The notes below the pieces were generated by a model that worked only from the letters and a program-made list of their open reading frames with translations, was not told the DNA's origin and ran no database searches. Positions 41,261 to 49,235 of a DNA stretch of 64,000 nt are shown one piece after another. The DNA comes from Nostoc sp. DedSLP01 (GTDB taxonomy: Bacteria > Cyanobacteriota > Cyanobacteriia > Cyanobacteriales > Nostocaceae): contig JAVRCJ020000002.1 in assembly GCA_034530875.2 (NCBI GenBank), positions 32,001-96,000 on the forward strand, written 5' to 3'. Each line of letters starts with the position of its first letter. Position 1 is the first letter of the stretch. A program made the position numbers and the translations under genes.

Positions 41261-41947
41261 GAGTGTATTAGCAGGCGGGATAAGTGTAATTAATACTAAT
41301 TCCTAATTGATAATTCGTAATTCAGAAAGCTAAATCTGGTATCTATTTTCGGGCTGGAATAGGTTGTCGGATTGTAGAGAATTGGTATAAATAGTAAGGC
41401 AAATCGATAAAAGCCTGCAAACGATCGGACTACATTATAAGTATTAAATAATACTATAAATTTTTCTTGGGATTGTACCTACTTAAATAGTAAACTGGTC
41501 GTCAGGTTATCTAATGTAGAATAAATAGAGCAAAAAGAAACAATAATCTGCTCCGCAAGTTACTATCGCGAATAGAGTTATGTGTCATTTCTATGGCTCA
41601 ATCAAAATTAAACGATACTGAACAAGATAAATTAGCTCAATTTGAGCAGATAAAAAGGCAACTATAGCCTTAGCACAATAAGAATAACTTTTATTACAGC
41701 AATGCGATTTTGCTCTAGTGGTGCTTGGATCGCATCTTATCAGAAGTTAACTAGGTTAATACATGAACTTGTACAAACACAAAATACACACTAGACAACT
41801 CCATCAACTAGTAAGGGCGAACAAGAAAAGTCGGAAGAAGTATCAATAGAAAAAACTCTGCTAATAGAAAATAAAAATTTTCATATAGATTACTTCTTCA
41901 CAAAGGAACTAGTCAAAGGTATAGATGAAACATTATCAGAAGATAAT

Positions 41948-43462
41948 ATGATAAATCTGATACATCCTCCTGGCACAGTAATCCGCAGCCGTTATAAAAT
42001 TATTCAAGCCTTGGGAAGCGGTGGATTTGGGAAGACATATCTGGCAGAAGATTTGGATATACCTACAAATCCCAAGCCTAAATGTGTTGTCAAACATCTA
42101 AAGCCGCAAAATCAGAATGAAGCACTTCTGAAGATTGCTAAAAGTTTATTTAACCGAGAAGCTGAAATTTTATATCGCTTAGATAAGATTGATAACCAAG
42201 TTCCCAAATTATTGGCCCATTTTGAAGAAAACGGCGAATTTTACCTAGTACAAGAATTTATTGATGGGCATGACTTAAGCAAAGAAATAATAGCAGGTGA
42301 GCCTTGGGATGAAGCAGAAGTAAAAAAACTGCTCAGGGATATTTTAGAAATTTTAGCAGTTATCCATCAACAAAACATCATTCATCGTGATATTAAGCCA
42401 CAGAATATCATGCGTCGTCGTCAAGACGGAAAGATTATACTGATTGATTTTGGTGCAGTTAAAGAAATTAAATGCTTGGAGACGAATAGTCAAGGTCAAG
42501 TCACATCAAGCATTCTGATTGGCACAAATGGCTATATGCCAAACGAACAAGCCAATGGCAAGCCCAAACTATGTAGCGATATCTATGCAGTAGGGATGCT
42601 GGGAATTCAAGCTCTTACAGGCATACTACCTCGAGATTTACCAGAAGATCCCGTATCAGGTGAAATAATTTGGCGCGATCGCGCCAATGTCAGCGACAGA
42701 TTTGCTGAGGTGTTAACAAACATGGTGCGCTCTCATTTTAGCCAGCGTTACCAAACAGCAGTAGAAGTCTTGCAAGCACTTTCTCAATCTCCACCACCAA
42801 AGTCAGAGCGCTGGCCGCGACCTAATCGGAAAGTTATGGTAACAGGTGGAGCAGTTTTACTTGCATCGATTGTGTCTTTGTTTGTGGTGCCTAGATATTT
42901 TACGCGATCGCCAATTACGCGATCGCCAACACCTCCAAACCCACAAGCACTAACCCCACAACCGACTTCTAAAATCAAAAAATTCACTCAGCTACCTTGC
43001 AGTAGCGATTCACAGCTATCATCGCCTCCCCCAGCTACAGGCAAACCAACTTGGGAAACTACAATCTATAAATATTATGGGCAGATAGATCCAAAAGCAA
43101 AAGATGCAAACGGTAGGGGGTTGATGGTTTTTAAAAAGAACCAATTTCAATACTATGGAGACTTTAAAAATAATAAACGTAATGGTTGTGGAAGATTATC
43201 GTATCCAGCCTCGGGCGATATTGACTATTACTTAGGCGAGTTTAAAAATGATAAATATCAAGGGTTAGGAATATTGAAATGGAAAAATGGAAATGAATAT
43301 CGAGGAAACTTTGCTAACGATAAATGCCAAGGAGAAGGAGTATTATACCTATCAGCAGATAATATCGAGCGAGATGGGCAATGGAGTGAAGGTAAGTTAG
43401 AAGGAACTGACTTGTTATGTAATAAGGAGCATTCAGTATCTAGTACAGCACAGCGGCAATAA
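41948..43462 (+). CDS. Membrane Ser/Thr protein kinase (Pkn2 type) with C-terminal MORN-repeat domain
   Basis: LGSGGFGKTY, HRDIKPQN, DFG; TM VMVTGGAVLLASIVSLFVV; YYGDFKNNKRNGCG / YLGEFKNDKYQGLG / YRGNFANDKCQGEG. Confidence 0.93.
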   Translation: MINLIHPPGTVIRSRYKIIQALGSGGFGKTYLAEDLDIPTNPKPKCVVKHLKPQNQNEALLKIAKSLFNREAEILYRLDKIDNQVPKLLAHFEENGEFYLVQEFIDGHDLSKEIIAGEPWDEAEVKKLLRDILEILAVIHQQNIIHRDIKPQNIMRRRQDGKIILIDFGAVKEIKCLETNSQGQVTSSILIGTNGYMPNEQANGKPKLCSDIYAVGMLGIQALTGILPRDLPEDPVSGEIIWRDRANVSDRFAEVLTNMVRSHFSQRYQTAVEVLQALSQSPPPKSERWPRPNRKVMVTGGAVLLASIVSLFVVPRYFTRSPITRSPTPPNPQALTPQPTSKIKKFTQLPCSSDSQLSSPPPATGKPTWETTIYKYYGQIDPKAKDANGRGLMVFKKNQFQYYGDFKNNKRNGCGRLSYPASGDIDYYLGEFKNDKYQGLGILKWKNGNEYRGNFANDKCQGEGVLYLSADNIERDGQWSEGKLEGTDLLCNKEHSVSSTAQRQ

Positions 43463-44063
43463 GAAAATATAATTTTTTTGACTTTTGATTTTTGCACAAC
43501 AGTACTAATGTGCTATGTATTGGCTTTATCACCTTGAATTTTATATATTGATGGCTAGTTTAAATTCCTCATACAAAATTTTATTCCGAGATAGTAAATT
43601 CAGTAGAACTATGTCTACTATCCAATTTATAAAAGTATCTTATAGAGGTTTTTTCATTTTACGTAAGTATATATCTGATTTTTCTTTCTAGAGAGTTTTA
43701 TTATTGGCAATTCTGCTAACAAATTCTCAACTAAGAAGCTCATTTCATTGCTTATTTAAAAGCTAAAGTATCTCACCTATTAAATAGTTTTATTACGTAT
43801 CAAATATATATTAAGTTTGTTTTCATCAATGTTAATTCAGTAAATTTCATGGTTTATACTGAATTTACTAAGAATATTTTGTTAAATTAAGTTCTATACT
43901 GAATTTATAGAATTTTGTATTGAATATATTTTTGAATAGCATGGTTGAAATGTTGGCTTTCTACCGTTATTTAAAAGTATCTATTAAATACAATGTCTAG
44001 AAAATTAGTATTTATTTTGATGATTTTTAAGTCCTACATATTAAAAATAAAGTAAGGTGTTTT

Positions 44064-44768
44064 ATGAAGATAAAATTTATACTTTCTACTTCTTGTTTGC
44101 TTATTTCTACAAGTTTAAGTCTTCTTCCAACACAGCGAATACTAGGGCAACAAACATCGCCACTATCTCCCGAACCAACCACTGTACCACGTTCCCCAGC
44201 AGCACCATCCTCTACGCCAACTGGTTCGCCATCTTCTACACCAAGTCCTGCACCAGTTCCCACAACAGCACCAAATACGAATACGAAACCAGCTTCTTCA
44301 GGATTTTCCCAACTACCTTGCGATAGTGATGTAGAGCTATCCTCGCCCCCAGCGGCTAAAGGCAAGCCAACCTGGGAAACTAACATCTATAGATATTATG
44401 GTCAGATTAATCCCAGAACCAAAGAAGCTAACGGTAGAGGGTTGATGATTTTTAAACAGAATGGTTTTCAGTACTATGGAGACTTTAAAAGTAATAAGCG
44501 TAATGGTTGTGGGCGATTATCATATCCGGTAGAAAGTAATATTAACTATTACTTAGGTCAGTTTAAAAACGATGAATTGCAAGGTCTGGGATATTTGAAA
44601 TTGAGAAACGGTAACGAATATCGAGGTAACTTTGTTAAGAATAGATGCCAAGGAGAAGGAGTTTATATATTTGCAGATAAAGCTGAGCGAGATGGAATCT
44701 GGCGTCAAGATAAATTAGAAGGAAGCGATGATTTATCTTGTAAAGATTTTAACCCCAATTCACGATAG
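44064..44768 (+). CDS. Secreted MORN-repeat protein, paralog of the kinase ectodomain
   Basis: Signal peptide, Pro/Ser/Thr linker, MORN repeats colinear with residues ~345-495 of the kinase. Confidence 0.88.
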   Translation: MKIKFILSTSCLLISTSLSLLPTQRILGQQTSPLSPEPTTVPRSPAAPSSTPTGSPSSTPSPAPVPTTAPNTNTKPASSGFSQLPCDSDVELSSPPAAKGKPTWETNIYRYYGQINPRTKEANGRGLMIFKQNGFQYYGDFKSNKRNGCGRLSYPVESNINYYLGQFKNDELQGLGYLKLRNGNEYRGNFVKNRCQGEGVYIFADKAERDGIWRQDKLEGSDDLSCKDFNPNSR

Positions 44769-44852
44769 TCTGTATATAAATCTGATTGATTGAGTTTACT
44801 ATTCCAGCTATCTGCACTGAGATAAATTAATAAAGCAAAGGTTTTATAGAAG

Positions 44853-45296
44853 ATGAAAATAATACTTTCTACCACTGCTTTAGTTGTTGTCACAACCTTG
44901 AGTTGTTTTCCAGCGCAACGATTACTAGCCCAAGAAGCACTTCCTGTTGCAGGCCCGGCAGTAGCATCAAACAATAGTAATACTGATGAATTACCTGCTG
45001 CCGGGCCTGCGATACAACAAGAAAGTGGACGCTCTTCATCAAGCCGCCCAAGAGCTATTAGTAGAGCAGAACCTACAAGGTCATCAAGGCGTCCAAGAGT
45101 TATTAGTAGAGAAGAACCTAGAAGACAATTAAGGCGTTCAACAGCAATTAGTAGACCAGAACCTAGACCGCGAGTTAGACCAGTAACGGACATACCACAG
45201 AGACAAACACCTCCAAGAAGGAGGCTAAAAAAACCTGCCACACCAGCTCCAAAAGCGCCTTCAACGTCTCCCGATTTTCCCATCAGACTATGGTAA
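44853..45296 (+). CDS. Secreted Arg/Pro/Ser-rich low-complexity repeat protein
   Basis: Signal peptide ending LLA-QE; three (A/V)ISRxEP repeats at 15-aa spacing. Confidence 0.72.
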   Translation: MKIILSTTALVVVTTLSCFPAQRLLAQEALPVAGPAVASNNSNTDELPAAGPAIQQESGRSSSSRPRAISRAEPTRSSRRPRVISREEPRRQLRRSTAISRPEPRPRVRPVTDIPQRQTPPRRRLKKPATPAPKAPSTSPDFPIRLW

Positions 45297-45488
45297 AACT
45301 CTAGATTTTTGAAGGGCAAAGTGGAAAGCCAAAAATTAGAATTTATCTATTTGTTGCATTCTTTAAGTTCCTGCCGACGACGTTGACGGTTAACACCAGT
45401 CAAAAGTCAACGTAAACCATCGCTTAAAAAAATTGAGATGAGCTTAATTGAACTTAAATAGCTAGCTTTGCACCAAGCTGAATATTTT

Positions 45489-46076
45489 ATGCAAAACAAG
45501 TTAATCAAGAAGAACCTAGAACTTTGTACTGGTTTAAGTATTGGTTTGGGTGCAATTGCGCTGTTGTTCTGGCTGCAATCACAGCATACTACTAGGGTCA
45601 ATATTGAGAAACGTGCAGATTCCCAAAAAACAATTGAGAAGCCAGCATTTCCTATAGTCAAACCAACTGTTCCCGCAACTTCTAAACAAGATATCCATTT
45701 AGTACTTAAACGAAGTGTGCGGAAGCTTTATGTATACAAAGGAGACAGTTTACAAGCTAGCTACCCAGTCGCGATTGGTAAACCAGGGTGGGAAACACCA
45801 ATAGGAAAGTTCAAAGTTATTGAGATGTTGAAAAACCCAGATTGGAGACATCCTCAAACTGGGGAATTAGTTCTTCCAGGTGCAAATAATCCCTTAGGAG
45901 AACGCTGGATTGCATTCTGGAATGTTGGCAGAAAATACATCGGATTTCATGGTACTCCTGATAGAACATCTGTCGGAGAAGCAGCTTCTCATGGTTGCGT
46001 TCGGATGTATAACGAGAATGTCCGCCAACTGTATGAAATGGTCAAACTTGGTACGCCTGTTTCAGTAGAACCTTAG
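45489..46076 (+). CDS. L,D-transpeptidase (YkuD family), N-terminally anchored
   Basis: YPVAIGKPGWETPIG, NPLGERWI, IGFHGT, ASHGCVRM. Confidence 0.93.
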   Translation: MQNKLIKKNLELCTGLSIGLGAIALLFWLQSQHTTRVNIEKRADSQKTIEKPAFPIVKPTVPATSKQDIHLVLKRSVRKLYVYKGDSLQASYPVAIGKPGWETPIGKFKVIEMLKNPDWRHPQTGELVLPGANNPLGERWIAFWNVGRKYIGFHGTPDRTSVGEAASHGCVRMYNENVRQLYEMVKLGTPVSVEP

Positions 46077-46119
46077 CTCGATTTTATCCATATCACATTA
46101 AATTCATCAGATAGGCAAA

Positions 46120-46160
46120 GAATCTCACCGCTAGAATGGAATGCATTTAACGGTGAGATT
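46120..46160. terminator. Hairpin between convergent genes
   Basis: AATCTCACCG...CGGTGAGATT. Confidence 0.5.
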
Positions 46161-46215
46161 GTCAATATTTCAGCCAATATTTAATACTCAGAATTTAGCT
46201 CTCTGTGGTACTGAA

Positions 46216-47085
46216 TTATTCAGGATAGAACACAAATGTCCGCAACTCGATACTCTCGCGTGGAGGTGCATTTGGTGGGCTGGTAGGGTCTTCAAATGCC
46301 GTATGGAGTGCAAAGCGGGCGCGTCCGTCCTCTGCGGAGTCGAAACACTTGATTAATACTGCTTCGTTCCTTTTCATTTGAGGAAAGTAGTACCACTTGT
46401 GTTTTGGATTATAAGTGACAGCGTAGGTCTCACCGATGCGATCGCGGTATATCAGGTCATTTACTACCAAGTCTGTTGGTGCAACAGTTTGAGCATCACA
46501 TAACGTTAGTGGTGATTCTTGAATTGTGTCGCCAATTCCTCGCCAAACATTGATAATCGCAAACCGTTGTTTTAAAAGGCTGTCAATGTTCTCTATACCT
46601 TGTGCTGCTAATTCCCTACGTACACGTCTATGTCCGCCTGGAGTGCTGAAGTCATTGTGTACGCGCTTGACAGGTTCCCGAATACCACTATTAATGTCCT
46701 GCTTCATCAGTGTGGCATTCCGCAAGGTAGCATCGAAGATCGCGACCTCAGTTGCACCAGTCACCTCTTTTAATAACTGTTTCGCTTCTGCGTAGTAAAC
46801 TTGGCGTACCTCTTGTGGATCGTAAAAGTTACGGACGCTGGTATTATGCTCGGTAAATGCAAAACCTTCTCGATCTAGCGAGATATTCTTTGAAATGGAA
46901 CGAGCATTGTAGATTGGCACTTTGTATGATTGATAGCTGCCATTAGAACGCACAACACCTGATGGTGGTTCGTAAGCATAGCTAAAAAGCTTGTCTGTAG
47001 TTGGCAGTAGGTAACTGAGGTTACCCTCTACAGATGGCAAATTCTCAACAATTGGTCTGTCTAAAACTTGGCTATTTAAGCTCAT
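46216..47085 (-). CDS. CmcJ/NvfI (AsaB-like) family oxidoreductase
   Basis: SLDREGF, YYAE, RVHNDF, IINVWR, PLTLCDA, HKWYYFP, HTAF..RESIELR. Confidence 0.85.
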   Translation of the reverse strand: MSLNSQVLDRPIVENLPSVEGNLSYLLPTTDKLFSYAYEPPSGVVRSNGSYQSYKVPIYNARSISKNISLDREGFAFTEHNTSVRNFYDPQEVRQVYYAEAKQLLKEVTGATEVAIFDATLRNATLMKQDINSGIREPVKRVHNDFSTPGGHRRVRRELAAQGIENIDSLLKQRFAIINVWRGIGDTIQESPLTLCDAQTVAPTDLVVNDLIYRDRIGETYAVTYNPKHKWYYFPQMKRNEAVLIKCFDSAEDGRARFALHTAFEDPTSPPNAPPRESIELRTFVFYPE

Positions 47086-47271
47086 AAGTCATACCATTTG
47101 TAATTTTGTGATTAGACCTGACTTGAAAAAGGAAGTAAAAAATTCCTAGAGACGCGATTGATTAATCGCGTCTGTATGGAAGTAGGCGAGGAAACCTTTT
47201 TATTGTTAGTTGTCAGATTTTGTCGTGATTGACTACTTTGAAAATAGAAAGTAGGGAAAAGAAATTTTGAT

Positions 47272-47343
47272 AACTTACGCAAAAATCACCCAAAAGCCTA
47301 ATCTCTCGAACTTCCAAGAATCGTCGAGTCTGCGTAAGTCCTA
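47272..47343. mobile_element. Short MITE-like element with ACTTACGCA / TGCGTAAGT ends
   Basis: Terminal repeats shared with 47642-47802. Confidence 0.6.
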
Positions 47344-47641
47344 ATTTTCATTGCTTGTTGTGAGTGCAACTTATGGAGTCTCTTGCATAAATATTTCCTA
47401 ATTTCGCGTATAGACACCTTCGCGTAACGCAAATAAGAGTACAAAAAACGACTTGTGAGTAATTTAGCCGTACAGTACTTACTCTATTATAAAATACTGT
47501 TTATCTACCGTGTTTAAGGAGTTTGTTTTAGGAGTATTGCATGGCTATAGCTAAAATTCAAGTCTTCGACAATAAAATATACGATCATTTAAATTTATGT
47601 ATGGCTAATAATTAGTTTAGCTAAGTATACTGTGATTATTA

Positions 47642-47802
47642 TAGAACTTACGCACTGAAGCCTGAAACCTAGATCCCCCCTAGCCCCCCTTAAAAAGGGG
47701 GGAACTTCTAAAGCCACGCCACTTGCTACAAGTCGGGGAACCCGCCCAATGCAGTGGCTCCCCTTTTTAAGGGGGTTGGGGGATCTGAGTGCGTAAGTCC
47801 TG
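47642..47802. mobile_element. MITE with internal G/C-run palindrome and a nested small repeat (47716-47760)
   Basis: TAGAACTTACGCACT / AGTGCGTAAGTCCTG ends; GATCCCCC..GGGGGATC; right half repeated at 49083-49125. Confidence 0.8.
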
Positions 47803-47905
47803 TATTACACGTATATCAGGTGAAAACTCTTGGCTGCCCATCTGCGTTATCTTTAACAGTCTCTTGTGAGAGATAATCGAGGCGATCGCAGCACTTTAAC
47901 AAACA

Positions 47906-47937
47906 AAAAGCCCCTGGTTAAGTCAACACCAGGGGTA
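47906..47937 (-). terminator. Rho-independent terminator with no obvious upstream gene
   Basis: Minus strand CCCCTGGT-GTTGACTTA-ACCAGGGG-CTTTTT. Confidence 0.65.
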
Positions 47938-48316
47938 TCCATCTTTATTCCCTAAATACTAAGATCGCATTTTTTAGACTGTAATACATGCTTACTCATG
48001 CAAGAAAAACATACATTTGATGATGATTTTGCAATCAACTGTGCAATTGGGTTAGCAAATCATAAAAAAGGCTTAGCACTGAGGTGAGCCTGCATATACT
48101 TAGTTTTAAAAACAACATTAAAAATTAATTTTAGCTGACTTGACAAATTAGTTCATCTTCCTCTCATCTGTGTCCAAATATATTGGAAGAACTGGCAAGA
48201 AAGATAGCGATTGCAAAGTCGAGATTTTGATTTCTACCATCAAGTTTTACTGTAATTTCGGCAATTAAAGTGTTAAAAAAGACTTTGGTATAAAGCTTGT
48301 CTTGAGGTAACAGGAT

Positions 48317-48922
48317 ATGGATGAAGTCGTCAAAAAAGTTGCCGCTGTGGGATTACCTTGTATTGTCTTGCTAGTAATAATGGCAACTACAGGTTTAAAA
48401 GATGCCGCTGCGATGGCAGCGGCATTAGCATTGCTGGGAGGCCCAGCAGGGATGAAGGGCGGAATTGCTGTTTTAGGACTAATAGGTTTAATTAGCGATT
48501 TTTTGGCAAAATTAATTTTGGAAGGTTTCTTAACAGGTATTTATAGCCAAAGACGACAGACTCAATCACAGACAAAACTTCTTCAAGAAATTGATTATTT
48601 ACTATTATTTGACAAAAATCTTAAACAAAGGCTCAAAGCTACAATCAAAACTCACACTGAAAATGTGACTAAAGAGGTAATGGATATTTTAGAGAATGTT
48701 CCTGGCATGACTCACGCAGACCAAAGAGATTTTAAAAGGTCAAATTTGATTATGAGGCTCAGAGATGGGACAGTGGTAAGAACTTGGAAAAACCCTGTTG
48801 GTGTTGACCATGTTTTTTTAGGCGATCGCACCGATAAAATGATTTATGGTGGATATGTTGGCTGGATTCACAGCGAAGGATTAAAGCAAGCATTAACTCG
48901 CATTAGAAGAGATTTTACTTAA
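48317..48922 (+). CDS. Hypothetical membrane protein (Gly/Ala-rich N-terminal TM region + soluble C-terminal domain)
   Basis: 201 aa, GAGG RBS, ALALLGGPAGMKGGIAVLG. Confidence 0.75.
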   Translation: MDEVVKKVAAVGLPCIVLLVIMATTGLKDAAAMAAALALLGGPAGMKGGIAVLGLIGLISDFLAKLILEGFLTGIYSQRRQTQSQTKLLQEIDYLLLFDKNLKQRLKATIKTHTENVTKEVMDILENVPGMTHADQRDFKRSNLIMRLRDGTVVRTWKNPVGVDHVFLGDRTDKMIYGGYVGWIHSEGLKQALTRIRRDFT

Positions 48923-49163
48923 GGCAATAGTTTTAACATAATTACTTATTATAAAAGACTTGGCCAGACCAAGCCTCTAGATAGATATAGCAAGCATTTA
49001 CTACACTAAGATTAATTTAGACTTAGAGGTTGTTTTAAAAGTGGTTAACTGTGATTTTAGTTACTTGTTTATCCCCCATAGTCCCCTTTTTAAGGGGATT
49101 GGGGGATCTGAGTGTGTAAGTTCTGATTAATATCAATTTGAAAAAAAAATGCGACAGACGTAT

Positions 49164-49193
49164 TGTAGGGGCGCAAAGCTTTGCGCCCCTACA
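49164..49193. repeat. Perfect 30-bp REP-like palindrome inside a MITE-like element (~49128-49231)
   Basis: TGTAGGGGCGCAAAG-CTTTGCGCCCCTACA; degenerate relative at ~51298-51322. Confidence 0.8.
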
Positions 49194-49235
49194 GATTTTT
49201 GATGTGTTGTCAAGATTTTTTGAAACAGTATAAGC

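Noticed and set aside
44705..45319. 204-aa minus-strand ORF
   Set aside because: Antisense shadow of the 44853-45296 gene, which has a signal peptide and matches its neighbours' orientation.
47490..47526. Possible sulfur-regulon operator upstream of the CmcJ/NvfI gene
   Set aside because: I cannot match it to a defined consensus from sequence alone.
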